The notes: generated by a model from the sequence alone, not told the origin. 46,433 nucleotides of DNA from Octopus bimaculoides (GCF_001194135.2 NC_068982.1:159390162-159436594); one strand, 5' to 3'. Counted from the stretch's first letter, positions 12,301 to 25,775 are shown. Translations and numbers: made by a program.

Positions 12301-12473
12301 ATTGATTTCAAATTTTGGCACAAGACTAGCAAATGTGGGGTTAGTCGATTACATCGACCCCAGTGGTATTTATTTTATCGACTTCTGAGGAATGTGAACG
12401 CGGAAATGAAGACGAATGAAATGCCACTAAGTATTTTGGATAGCGTGCTTAACGAATCTGCCTGCTCGCAGCC
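12301..12473 (-). mobile_element. tRNA-derived SINE family 1 copy
   Basis: Minus strand: GGCTGCGAGCAGGCAGATTCGTTAAGCACGC...GTCGATAAAATAAATACCACTGGGGTCGATGTAATCGACT, homologous to the other copies. Confidence 0.75.
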
Positions 12474-12506
12474 TTAAAATTCTTTGTAACATTTAGATGC
12501 ACATAA

Positions 12507-12650
12507 GATGGCAAGTTGGCAGAATCGTTAGAACACTAGGAAAAATTATTAGCGGCATTTCGTCCGTCTTTACACTCGGCGTTCAAATTCAGCCGAGTTC
12601 GACTTTCCTCCTTTCATCATTTGGTACTCTATAAAAGAAGTAACAGTTGA
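12507..12650 (+). mobile_element. tRNA-derived SINE family 1 copy
   Basis: A-box-like TGGCAGAATCG and B-box-like GTTCAAATTC, followed by CCGAGTTCGACTTT...CCTTTCATC. Confidence 0.75.
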
Positions 12651-14550
12651 ACAATGAACTCAATGTATTTGATTTACCCCTTCCGTAGAAAATGCAAGCC
12701 TTGTGATAAAATTTGATTTCAATATTTAAATACATGTTTTCTATCGGAATTAAGATTAATCTCACAATATATTCTAACAGCATTTCATATAATAAATACC
12801 ACTACACTATTGTCGGTGAAATCCTTTTCTTTATAAAATTCGGCCTATATTATCTAATTATAAAAATCTATAGTAATATTATATTTGCCCTAGTTTCCAC
12901 AGCAACCATATTAATTTTGCTTCTGCCAAGTCCAAACCAAACAATCAGCGATTTATACGATTTTCATATTTATAAGTCGTTCCTCCTGTTGCTTAGACCT
13001 AGAATACCCCTATTGAGCTGAATTACGTTGAAAGATATTCACCCACAGCTTTCCTGAATGTTTGGGCATAATGAACTCGGAAAACATTAACCAATATTCC
13101 TTTCCGTTTTATGAATGTGTTGTGTAATTTTAAGGAGATTTGGTTTTTATTTCAAGCAGATCAACTCGTTCTGAATAGGTTTCAAGTGTATTTTTGCAGT
13201 ACTGGTATCTTTACACTGGACTATTATTCATTATTAATGCGAATTTCAAAGAGAATATAATAAAGATAAATGGTTTAAGATCATTAATTTTAGTTTCCGA
13301 CCTTTTCACTCTGGATATAAGAATGTCAAAAGAAATTAATCGGAGATTGGTTTTCTTGTTTCTATGAAAATAGATTCAACTTTTTTTCAAATTTGCTGTA
13401 GGAGAAACGAGTATAATTTATAATAATGCATAATGTGTAAGAAGACGATCTATAACACGATGTCTATGATACATTTCTAAAATAAAATAATTGAATCAAC
13501 AATTTAATTTCAGTAAGATTCAGAATTACTCAAACACTTTACTCAAATATTTGGAAACATTTTTCAACGACTATGATTATTATATTGCTGTTTTCGGCAT
13601 TTTCATTAAATATATGCTTCATGAATTTTATTAGAATACTCTTCATCTGAAAAAGTAATTTATCTCTATATACTGGTGATTGAAAGCAAAAATTTCAAAT
13701 GTGAGGTGTTTAAGAAACTTTTTTATTTTCCTAATACTCATATATGTTGCATACTCTCAATTTGCTTTTCGAAAGCTGCATTTGATACGGTCGTGTTTTC
13801 CAAACATTTATCAATACCTTGAAGATTGTTCAATGTTAGTATTGGGGACCATGTAGAGGCTTGATAAGGTTCGACAATTCCGGATATATTTTCAAATATC
13901 CTACCAAATAGAGGGCGTGCATGTCTGCTTATTTATGAAGAAGTTATTTGTGATCACGTAGTTCCCCGTTCATTCCAACTACCTGGAACTTTTGATAAGC
14001 AATTTCTCATACATTCTAAGTTGAAGAATGCTGTGTGAATAGAATGACATAGAGAGAAAATTAACTAGACCCTATCGAACATACAGAGATATATGTAACT
14101 ATCTACGTAGATAATTATACACACACACGAACATTCTTTAAACTAATTCTGTGTTTATATGTATAAGAGGGACATCCGTTATGTAACATCGATGTGAGTA
14201 TTCGGTTTGTACAAGTGAATGAACTTGCTCGGATTTCCGGCTATTCGGTTTAGTGCCAATGAGAATAATGACTTTTGTAGCATATTTTAGTTAAGAAATT
14301 ATTTATCTTCCGCTTTAAATAATGTTGGTATCCTTTTTTATTCATACATATATTCTGATCATAATTCCCCGTGAAATATAACTGTGTCAAGTGAAATTAT
14401 TTTATCAGTTTATACTCAGGTTTATATATGAGTTGTAACTAGCTTCCTTTTCAAATTCTACTATCATACCTGTGTTGAATCTGATTTCAAAGCACTGTGA
14501 ATAATCTGTAATAGATTCATATTAATAGAGATATATCATATAACCCCCCC

Positions 14551-14600
<50 letters not shown>

Positions 14601-14911
14601 TTCAAATTAGGTAGACCACGATTAACACATACATAACGGGTTTAATTAAGATAAAATAAGAGTTGTCCAATCAGAAACGTATATTAGAAATACAAAATTA
14701 AATATATGGATACTGAAATTATACGTGGACATATAGATATATAGATATGTAAACATTTCCGGCTATTCGGTTAAAAAAATATTCATATATTTTTATATTT
14801 CTACATTTTTATATTTCTAACATATTAATATATGTTTCAGATTCGACAATTCTTATTTTATCTTAATTAAACACGTTATGTATGTGTTAATCGTAGTCTG
14901 CCTAATTTGAA
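14601..14911. mobile_element. foldback/MITE-like element with long imperfect inverted arms
   Basis: 14601-~14685 (TTCAAATTAGGTAGACCACGATTAACACATACATAACG...) is the reverse complement of ~14826-14911 at roughly 90% identity, with weaker pairing further inward. No TSD is visible and the left side abuts (AT)n. Confidence 0.75.
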
Positions 14912-15077
14912 CCTTGTCTATTGTATCTATTATAATTGTCTAACGCCTCGCGTTCCACTTGAGCACTCCTACGCTATGTTGTTCGAAAGGAATTTATAGT
15001 TATATACGTGTGTGTATGTGCGTGTGTGCTTGTGTGTGAATATGGGTGTGAGTTTGTGTGTGTATATGTGTGTGTGA

Positions 15078-15138
<61 letters not shown>

Positions 15139-15375
15139 CATACAGACAGACAGATGGACAGTTATTGTATATGCATGTATGTACTTACGCAATACATAGG
15201 CTTCCAAAATGGAACAAAATAGATAGAATTTCATAGATGAACATACATTTTCATTTCAAACAAAAGATAGTCAACAAATTTATCAAGAGGCCTACCGTTT
15301 CGAGTATGATACTTACAAAGCAGACAAAATCATATGTATAAGCACGTGTATATATACATACATATATATATATAC

Positions 15376-15410
<35 letters not shown>

Positions 15411-16099
15411 NNNNNNNNNNNNNNNNNNNNNNNNNNNNNNNNNNNNNNNNNNNNNNNNNNNNNNNNNNNNNNNNNNNNNNNNNNNNNNNNNNNNNNNNNN
15501 NNNNNNNNNNNNNNNNNNNNNNNNNNNNNNNNNNNNNNNNNNNNNNNNNNNNNNNNNNNNNNNNNNNNNNNNNNNNNNNNNNNNNNNNNNNNNNNNNNNN
15601 NNNNNNNNNNNNNNNNNNNNNNNNNNNNNNNNNNNNNNNNNNNNNNNNNNNNNNNNNNNNNNNNNNNNNNNNNNNNNNNNNNNNNNNNNNNNNNNNNNNN
15701 NNNNNNNNNNNNNNNNNNNNNNNNNNNNNNNNNNNNNNNNNNNNNNNNNNNNNNNNNNNNNNNNNNNNNNNNNNNNNNNNNNNNNNNNNNNNNNNNNNNN
15801 NNNNNNNNNNNNNNNNNNNNNNNNNNNNNNNNNNNNNNNNNNNNNNNNNNNNNNNNNNNNNNNNNNNNNNNNNNNNNNNNNNNNNNNNNNNNNNNNNNNN
15901 NNNNNNNNNNNNNNNNNNNNNNNNNNNNNNNNNNNNNNNNNNNNNNNNNNNNNNNNNNNNNNNNNNNNNNNNNNNNNNNNNNNNNNNNNNNNNNNNNNNN
16001 NNNNNNNNNNNNNNNNNNNNNNNNNCTGACATGTGATTTTAACAGATATTTTTACCAAAATTACGTGAAAATATCTTGAATTATCAAAGAGTAATAAAT

Positions 16100-16680
16100 T
16101 TATTCAACGCAATCGCCATTGACTTGAACCACGGCCCTCCAAACGACTTCGGTATCCCTTGCGATCCTTCAAGACGCTATCCTTATTTGAGTTGGTGTAG
16201 GCTGCCATGATCCTTGCTTTCAGTTCATCTGTAGTTTTGTTGTTCTCTTGCTCCACTGCGCTCTACATTAGGTGAGTTCGGTGGCCAGATGTTAGGGTTG
16301 ATGTGCTCACAGAAATTCTCTGGCAGCCATGACCAGGTTCTCCTGCTTGTGTGACATGGTGTAAAGTCCTGTTGCCAGACATAGTGTCTCCACTAGCCCA
16401 GAGCAGCACTACTTGACAAAAGGCAGCGCTACCTCCTCCAGGCACTTGATGTTAGCCTCTGTGTTAAGTTTGAGGCCGTGTGGGTAGAGGAATGGAGGCA
16501 TAACTTTTCCATATTAATGTTCACTCCAAACACCATGATGTTGACTGGATGTTTGATTTTTATCACACTCGGTACATATTTTGGTGACACGGCAATCCAA
16601 TAGTTGTTCTGTGCATATTACTGAGAGTTGCTTATCAATTTTGACCAATGAAAAGTTTGAGTGGCGTATGCAGTCTGTTC
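16100..16680 (-). pseudogene. maT/DD37D-like Tc1-mariner transposase relic
   Basis: QNNYWIAVSPKYVPSVIKIKHPVNIMVFGV, VMPPFLYPHGLKLNTEANIKCLEEVALP, YVWQQDFTPCHTSRRTWSWLPENFCEHINPNIWPPNSP and a C-terminal RSRLE...NGDCVE*. The third catalytic Asp region is deleted and there are frameshifts. Confidence 0.8.
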
Positions 16681-16999
16681 TGTGTGTAATTCATGGGGAG
16701 GAGTGGAGGCAAGAGGGAAAGGAATGGCAGTTATAAATGAGATGTTGTGATGTTAGACTTGTTTTGATATAGGTGCATGCAGATGTCAGGATGGGTTGTA
16801 TAGTCCTTTGGTTTGTCTTTAGTCACAGCAGGCGACTCCTCAGTGAATCGAGTAGTCGGGTCAGCAGGTACAGCTATTCAGGTTATGGAGGTAATTGCCT
16901 GAATTGACAAATGACATTCTCTTAAAATATCGCTTTAATTATTTTTTATGGTAACATGTAACTCAGACGAAAGAAGGAATGCAAGTTTAGCAGCACTGC

Positions 17000-17355
17000 A
17001 TGATAGAGAATGTGGTTTACGAATGTGTGGTGAAGGCAGGTACACGAATATACGTGTACAATTGTCGCACCGGAGACACAATGAAGAATCGTCTGCGCAA
17101 CCATCTTTTGTCATTTTCCAATGTTAACAAAGGGCACTCCACATCACTGTTTAACGTCATCTGGAGATTCAAACAGAATAGAGTGGGGAATATGATCCGC
17201 TGGTCTATAATAAAAAATGCTGCACCACTCAACAGAACACTGCAGGTGTGCAATTTCTGCCTAGAAGAAACTCTGGAGATCATTGTTTCCAGAAAAACAT
17301 CATAATTAATAGGCACTCCAAAGTTATTATATCATGTAAGCATAAAGGCAAAGCA
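17000..17355 (+). pseudogene. Penelope-like element GIY-YIG endonuclease remnant
   Basis: NVVYECVV...KNRLRNHLLSF...STSLFNVIWRFK...IRWSIIKNAAP...CNFCLEE, continuing in another frame as INRHSKVIISCKHK. This matches the C-terminal pattern of PLE GIY-YIG domains. Confidence 0.8.
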
Positions 17356-17689
17356 TCATTCCCAGAATCCGAAATAAAACGTCTTGAGGCATAACAAATC
17401 TAACCGCCTTTTGTATACAATAGAACGAGAGGACAAAACAATAACTGAAAAAACTAACACTTATTTGCATGCGCTGTATGATATCCCAATGATTCCTAAA
17501 CATTTTCGGGCTGCTGTCCCCTTAACACCCAGGCCACATTCGTGGTGTCCCCGCTTCAACTAACCATCACAAACATAAATCTGTTTCTAAAACAAATTTA
17601 AAGCAACTGTATTTCACAATAAAACTTAACCTAATGAACCTATTATGTTGTTGCTTTTACATGAATCGCTACCCCATTATCGCCCCCAT

Positions 17690-18178
17690 TTCTACATCAA
17701 TTGCTACCCCCATTATCGCTCCTCTTTTCTTCAACGCCCTCTTAGATGCGAAAGATAGAACCGAGTTGTATGACCTTATGTTTTCTTTGAAGTTAACATA
17801 ATGTGGATGTTGAGGGTCTGACAACAGAGAACGTAAGCATGGAAGAAATTCTCTTGTAACTGGAGGCAAGATCTTCCTTTTATGGCAGCAACTGTTAAAG
17901 AATCCATCTGATGGTCGCTCTGAAGCAAAATGTTTGGCTCTACAAAACTGACACGTGTTCATGTCTTCATGTCACCACAATTATGAACCTGAATATTCTC
18001 TTCATTATAAGTACGATTATTTACAAAATTTTCATGATTTTCAACTCTTCGCACAGCTGTCATGACGTTCGCATTCCGTGGCCTTCGATTATTTCTTCGT
18101 TCCTACGCATCAGTATTACTTAATTCTTCCATTATTCTCTTCATTTGCTTCTTCTTCAGTTTCATTCTCTAGCCTTAG

Positions 18179-18255
<77 letters not shown>

Positions 18256-19130
18256 TTTTCTCTCTCTCTGTCTCTTTCTGTCTGTCTCTCTCTCTCTCTT
18301 TCTCTCTCTCTCTCCCTCTCTCTCACTCTCTCTCTCAGACCCCTCTCCTCTCTGCTGCATGATCTTCCGTTTCACCTTGGCACCTTTGCGATATTATCTC
18401 TTTCGATTTCTCTGATTTGTACAACTTGCTCTACCGTTTTGATTTATCGCCTTTGCGATGCTCTCATTCTTAGAGCTTCTCTCCTCTCTGTTGTATGCTC
18501 TTCCGTTGTATCTTGGCGTATTTGTCATGCTCTTATTCTAAATCTTCTCTCCTCTCTGCTTGTGCTCTTCGGTTGTACCTTGACGCCTTTGGGATGCACT
18601 TATTCTTAGATATTCTTTCCTATCTGCTGCTTCATGTTCTGTTTCATCTGGGCGCGTTTGTGATTCTCTCTGTCTTTGGATGTCTCTCCTTTGTGCAATG
18701 AGGTTCTCTTTTTTCATTTTTGACGTCTTCGATCCTGTCGTCTTGTATCTTGTACGCTTCTTTCTTGTCTCATTACATATGATTGAGGTCATAGTAGATT
18801 TGTCTCTGGCCAACAGTCGCCTTCTGTCTGCTTCGTTTTGCATAGAAGAAGAAAGAGTATCAGTGAATTGATAACAAACACTATATACTGTAAATAAGTT
18901 GTAAGAGTACGAATGACTAAAAGTATCATTGAACTGATAACATACACTATATAGTGTAAATATACACACAAACATTGGAACCGAAATATTAGAGAAAATG
19001 ATCTTCGTAAAATGTAAACAAAATATTTCACCTGTAAAATGATTCTTCTGAGTGTCCACCAACCCTATTGTATCGGGAAGACTCTGCAAGCATATATAAT
19101 GATGACGCTCTCTTTGCCACTTCCTCTGTG
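17690..19130 (-). mobile_element. Helitron Rep-helicase 5' part (charged N-terminus and zinc finger), decayed
   Basis: An R/E/Q-rich segment (ORF 18538..19089), then CQFCRAKHFASE...FNSCCHKRKILP...FKENIRSYNSVLSFAS (ORF 17669..17962). Interrupted by a (CT)n run. Confidence 0.85.
18180..18340. repeat. (CT)n microsatellite inside the Helitron relic
   Basis: Direct reading. Confidence 0.95.
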
Positions 19131-19529
19131 TCTCATTCTATTACTTGCTCTCTGTAATGGCTATTACGTTCACTACTCCTCTTTCACTGAATTGCTATCT
19201 TCTCTCCTTTCCTTTCACTTCTACTACGTTTTCTGTTACTTCCTCCCATTACGTGAATTTGGACACACGCACACGCACATATATATTTATATACACACAA
19301 ATATATAAGAACACTACGCTCATTCTTATATTAGTAGATAATACAGATGTGACAAATTCAAAGAGACGTTACTTTCATTATTCACACATCGTCATTCTCG
19401 TAATTGTGGTTCAAACAGAAAGCGTGAAACTATTTTCCGATGAAACCTGGTCGTTGTAGAGAAGTGTATTTCAAATAACTATGGCTGGTTGTTGAGATAA
19501 TGTAGAAAATATGTAAATGAAAATTAAGT

Positions 19530-19850
19530 ATATTTGACATGTGTAATTGGTTTGATTGTTCTGGTCGTAACATCAGTTTGTAAGAATAGAAGTCATTTGA
19601 CAAAACCTTTTTGTTTGTAATTGGCTCTCCTGTTGCAGGTATAATCCGTGGAATATTGAAATGATACCCATCTTGTCCATTCGACAGAATAGAAGGATAC
19701 TGGAGAGTATCCTAGGAACCATGTCTAAGACTATTTTCTCTGACACGAATGAGAACATCATGATTTTCATGGGGATCACCACCATAAGGATGGCTACTTC
19801 ATTAGATGTGGGCTCATTAAAACAACGTAAAATGTTCTTTACTATAGTTT
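19530..19850 (-). mobile_element. Helitron Rep-upstream domain fragment
   Basis: FNEPTSNEVAILM / GDPHENHDVLIR...*DTLQYPSILSNGQDGYHFNIP...TNKKVLSNDFYSYKLMLRP, matching the Helitron PTxNEVA...YDxLQYP...GxDGY...KKVS...YxYxLMxR block. Confidence 0.85.
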
Positions 19851-22800
19851 ACTGTAGACGTAACGAATGCAGAATCACACATACATGCACATACACACGT
19901 GCACACACACGAAGTTCAAGCGAAACGAAATGTAGTCAATATAGGTGCAAAACATACTTTATGTCGTATAATTATGCTATAAAAAATGGAAATCACCAAC
20001 TTAGCGAAAGTTACCAATGTAGCAAAGTACACTAAGTCAACATATATTTATAACATATACTAAATGTTATAAAATTCACGATCGAATAGATGTCACGGTG
20101 AAGAAAGTGGAAGTGCAAGAGAATTCAGAAGGCATAATTCAAATTTTCATAACGAAATATTTTATTTTACAATTTTGAAACGAACGCTGAAAAAAGTTAT
20201 ACGAAGGAATATTTAGCTGTTGTGAACGTTAATTTAAAACATTTGCTGATGGATGCATGTAGAAACATATAAATTAATTTAATATTACGATATATTTTTT
20301 AACTGTGTAATGTCATAGGCTGTAGAATAAATACTGACTAACGCAATAAAAAGGTTCTGTGGCGTTGATATTCACAGTGATGAAAATGCATTGCCGAAAT
20401 CCGGTAAGGACTGTTAAAAAAGCATTGTCTTCAAACTGGCTAAAAGGAGTGGAATAACATTTCTGTAATTATAATGAAAGAGGCACTGATGCTTTATACA
20501 CGCAAAGTTACCGAATTTGTTATAATAATCAGAATAACATTTTTTTCAGATATATTTGAGAGTATTGTGAGTGCTGTTAAATCAGCGAAATCATCATGTT
20601 AATAGTACTTCATAGTGAACGCTGTTGTTCATTTGAAGTCCAGACCGCAACTAAAAACACCGTTTCACAATCAGCGCGTTTCACTGTTGGGGTGGTGGTA
20701 AAGTCATATACATATACTGAGACACACACCCACAATCAGACATTCATTTACACACCTGAGACCTATCTCTGTTTCTGTGTGTGTGTATCAGTCGTCAAAA
20801 AATGTGTATGTGCGTCAATCGTCACAGAAATGTATGTATACTGAAAGACCGTCGCACACATATACTTGTCAGTCATCGGCTTAACGTACATTGCAAACGC
20901 GCGAACAAAGTCATATAGAAAATGTGAAGTCATCGTCGGTGTGGTGCACGTAAAAATGTCGTTTACGATAGGTGGTTAAAAGAAAAACTATACGGCTAAA
21001 CTTTTGTAATACACATATGTGAATGAAACGTTTAGTCGGTAGCCGAAAGCCTACTGAACCTTTTATACCCTTACGTAAAAGTGTCGGTAGCTCGATTTTG
21101 GAATGAATAAGGAACATATGCACACACACACTCTCGTATATATATATATATNNNNNNNNNNNNNNNNNNNNNNNNNNNNNNNNNNNNNNNNNNNNNNNNN
21201 NNNNNNNNNNNNNNNNNNNNNNNNNNNNNNNNNNNNNNNNNNNNNNNNNNNNNNNNNNNNNNNNNNNNNNNNNNNNNNNNNNNNNNNNNNNNNNNNNNNN
21301 NNNNNNNNNNNNNNNNNNNNNNNNNNNNNNNNNNNNNNNNNNNNNNNNNNNNNNNNNNNNNNNNNNNNNNNNNNNNNNNNNNNNNNNNNNNNNNNNNNNN
21401 NNNNNNNNNNNNNNNNNNNNNNNNNNNNNNNNNNNNNNNNNNNNNNNNNNNNNNNNNNNNNNNNNNNNNNNNNNNNNNNNNNNNNNNNNNNNNNNNNNNN
21501 NNNNNNNNNNNNNNNNNNNNNNNNNNNNNNNNNNNNNNNNNNNNNNNNNNNNNNNNNNNNNNNNNNNNNNNNNNNNNNNNNNNNNNNNNNNNNNNNNNNN
21601 NNNNNNNNNNNNNNNNNNNNNNNNNNNNNNNNNNNNNNNNNNNNNNNNNNNNNNNNNNNNNNNNNNNNNNNNNNNNNNNNNNNNNNNNNNNNNNNNNNNN
21701 NNNNNNNNNNNNNNNNNNNNNNNNNNNNNNNNNNNNNNNNNNNNNNNNNNNNNNNNNNNNNNNNNNNNNNNNNNNNNNNNNNNNNNNNNNNNNNNNNNNN
21801 NNNNNNNNNNNNNNNNNNNNNNNNNNNNNNNNNNNNNNNNNNNNNNNNNNNNNNNNNNNNNNNNNNNNNNNNNNNNNNNNNNNNNNNNNNNNNNNNNNNN
21901 NNNNNNNNNNNNNNNNNNNNNNNNNNNNNNNNNNNNNNNNNNNNNNNNNNNNNNNNNNNNNNNNNATATATAATGGAACAAAAATGCAATACAGTACAAT
22001 AAAACATTCGGACAGATAGACGATACTAAGGCAGACAGGAGAAACAATTAGGACAGGCAAAAAAAGACGGGTCATTCCTGGCCTTCTGTCCTCAGTCAAG
22101 TTACCAGAGGTCCTTAATGTTTCGAGTAGTTACACTTGAGACAGTTGCCCCCCCCCAAAAAAAAAACAATTCTAAGCGAAGAGCATTAAATCTGTTTGTA
22201 AAAATGCTAGCGAATATGTACGGCAACAAATACACAAAACCGGAGAATACGGTAACAATTACAAACATAAATAAGAGGAAAATAGCAACGGGTATCTTTC
22301 GACTGAGATCGAATCAAATTGAGCTGCCGTGTATGAAGTGAAAGCCTAAAGCAAGGAACATAGGAGATGGACATAAGAGGTGTTGGTAGTCAGCAATCAG
22401 GCCAAGAAAGAGAGATCATGCCTGGCCGGACACCGGTCACGTGGAAGAGGAGAGAGGGGTAGGGGTAGCAGGATTGAAGGGAAAGGTAGAGGAGAGATAA
22501 ACGAGGGGAGAAAGTGGGAGTTAAAGAAAGAGAGGGCCAAGAAATGTGTGAGAGAGAGAGAGAGAGAGGAGGGCGAGTAAAAGAAATGCGGAAAAAAGTA
22601 TGAGGGGGACTAAAAGATAGAGTAAGACTCGTACAAAATTTAGATAAATACCTATTAAAAGGTGAGCACAAGTGTGTACATAACTCACTGTATGTATATA
22701 TAAATATATAAAATGGAACAAAAACGCAATAGAGGACAATAAAACATTCGGAGAGATAGACTATGTAAAGGTGGACAGGAGAAACAACAAACACACCCAC

Positions 22801-23886
22801 ACACACAGACACACACACGCGCACACACACACACACATACACACACACCAACACACCTCACTACTTATGTGCATAGGTTTTGAACATGCATAGTCATATA
22901 CATACGCACACACAATCTAATTAATATATGCATATAACATACGATTTTTCAAATATTTTCTAGGAATATTATCACGCACTGCTTCAGGATTAATTTAATC
23001 AAAGCAGTGAGAGATACCTGGAATGCTTCATAAATCATGCAAATATATATTAGTAATCATTAAACATATGAATGTAAATGAAAATCATTTAGATTTTCAA
23101 GTAAATCATGCATTCTTTATTATGCTTTATCAATACACTGTGACATACAAATGTACTTTTGAAAACTTAAGGCAAAAGTTTAAATTTTGACCGATGCCAG
23201 CATTGAATATGCTTCCTGCTTTATTTAATTTGCTGTATGGCGTTATTATTTATACTCAAGAAATTAATCATTCTTATACAATTGAATTCATATTAATTCC
23301 TTAGGCAAAATAGCAATTTACGTTTTGACATAACTATATATATATACGTAGTACAGGTAGGAATCTTTAAGCTTACAGCCAAAGGCTCTTTTGAATAGAA
23401 GAAAAGTGTGTACTTAACCGATTTTATGGTATAATATATGTACAGACTCATATGCGCACGGTATGCCACCTAAAATCAGTAAAAATTACAAATTGTCACG
23501 ACTGATAACTTCGTTGGCAAATGCTTTCCTACCACATTAAAGTTTACCTAGATGTGAATCCAGATATATGCGCTCTCATTAGAAGTGCAAATTCATAGTC
23601 TATCTAACTATCACCTATTTTTGTTGTTCAATTTTACACACATTGAAGAACTCTGTAGTGTAATACAACACGCAACAGCATTTTAAATTAATGCAAATCA
23701 TTTGAAGTGTATATGCATGAGTATAATTCAAACTTTGCTGCAGAAAATCAAATATATCCTGTAAATTATGTAAAAATTCCAAATTACGTGATAAACAGAA
23801 CCATATTGAAATTGATTCATTAACTTATATTACATATAAGACTCCAGAACAATAATACGCTCTCTCTTTCCATCTCACACACACAC

Positions 23887-23925
<39 letters not shown>

Positions 23926-24759
23926 TACACACACAGAAACACACACTACCTTTCTCTTGGACTTTCTCTATATGTCTTTCCGTCTCTGTTTATGCTCAAA
24001 GCTCAACATTTTCGGCTTAAAAGGGAGAGCGCATTGGGAATGTTAGCGTACAAATCCCTAAAAAATGCAGAGTGGTAACGACAAAAATACATTTGATAAT
24101 ACATATAGCGCAAGCTAAACGTAATCGATAATCCCTCATTGAAAATATACGGCACTTTCTATTACAGTTATTACGGATTATGTCATTTGCAATATATTTA
24201 CTTTCAACCTTCATGTGAAACTATTTAGCATCTGAATCTGACTTTGTTATATCTAGATCAAAGAAAATTAAAGAATGCAGTAAATTAGAAAAATATATTT
24301 ATTTTAACATAATCAAATCGTCATCGTCATACACATAAATACATAGTATCGCATGGAGCGTTAAACTTCGCGTTTGTAAACCATGTTGCTGGGAACCACT
24401 CACGAGATTACGACATAATGAGACTTCTTTATTTAATCGATTTTCTAACGTAATCTCGTTTTGCAAGCCCAAATTCTATAGTACCTTTCTCCATTATGTA
24501 ACCTCATTATAATTTATCTTAGTTAAATTTATTTTCTTCACTGTTCTTTAATTATTTCCTACTACACCCCTCTCTTGCCTCTACGCTTCATCTTCCCACA
24601 TCTTTGATGCTGAGAAGAGATCTTGATCTGCTTTATTACTAGAGTTTGACTACATTAAGCCAAACTAGATAAACTGACTCCAGCCTCATTCGGCCAGCTA
24701 TGGCTTGTCTTCGTCAAGGTGTTCATCTTTGCTTGCTTCTTATCTACACCCACTTTCCT

Positions 24760-24793
24760 TCTTTCTCTCTTTCTTTCTTTATTTATTTCTCTT

Positions 24794-24825
<32 letters not shown>

Positions 24826-24880
24826 TTTCTTTCTTTCTTTCTTCCTTTCTTTCTTTCTCTGTGTCTCTCTTTCTCTCTCA
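24760..24880. repeat. (CTTT)n/(CT)n low-complexity repeat
   Basis: Direct reading. Confidence 0.9.
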
Positions 24881-25179
24881 CGCAATCACTTACTCACTCT
24901 CTCACTGTCTATTCAGACCCTACACATCTCTCTTAATTTTAAACCTTTGTATTTGTGAACGCTATCAAACGACTTGCATTTACCACTCTACATTTGAAAT
25001 AAGAGGCCTAATCTACTGATTTCATCTAGTTATCACTTGTCACATTCTTTTCACGTCATGCACACAACACCTATGAATATGTTTATCACGTAAGTTTGGC
25101 TTCTTGAAACCTTATATACTTTTCACTTTGTTTGATAACTTGCAAATCTTTATACATCCATACATACGTACATGCATAC

Positions 25180-25230
<51 letters not shown>

Positions 25231-25504
25231 AAGCTTAACTGAGTTTTTCTTCCTTACTGCCCTCATAACAGATCATTTCGGATTGCTCTCATATCAATAT
25301 TCGGTACCGTATGTCCAGCCCACGATTAGAAAGTTGGAATTTATTTAAATTCACATTCATTGAAGCGCGCCAAAATCAAAATAGGCTTATTTTTCTCTCA
25401 TCTCTTTCTCTCTCGCTTAAATATATGTACTATTTATATATATATATATATATATGTGTGTGTATGTACATGTGTGAGTGTGTGTGTGTATGTATATTAT
25501 TTTA

Positions 25505-25739
25505 TTTGTTTTAGTCATTTCCCTGCGGTCATGCTGCAGCACCACGTTTAGTCGAATAAATCGACCCGAGGACTTATTCTTTCTAAGCCTAGTACTTATT
25601 ATATCGGTCTCTTTTACCGAACCGCTACGTTAAAAAGACGTAAAAACACCAACATCGGCTGTCAAGCTATGGTGGTGGGGGACAAACAGACACACAATCA
25701 CATACACACAAACACACACAAACACACACAAACACACAC

Positions 25740-25740
<1 letters not shown>
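25505..25740 (-). mobile_element. SINE family 2, 3' half
   Basis: Minus strand: GTTTGTCCCCCACCACCATAGCTTGACAGCCGATGTTGGTG...GAATAAGTCCTCGGGTCGATTT, homologous to 41350-41480. Confidence 0.75.

Positions 25741-25775
<35 letters not shown>

Noticed and set aside
12507-12600. tRNA genes at SINE heads
   Set aside because: A/B-box-like motifs are present but there is no cloverleaf, and they continue into SINE bodies.
13930-14030. Possible mariner C-terminal remnant (ERGNYV-like) on the minus strand; similar AVREWL near 10450
   Set aside because: Too short and decayed to support without alignment.
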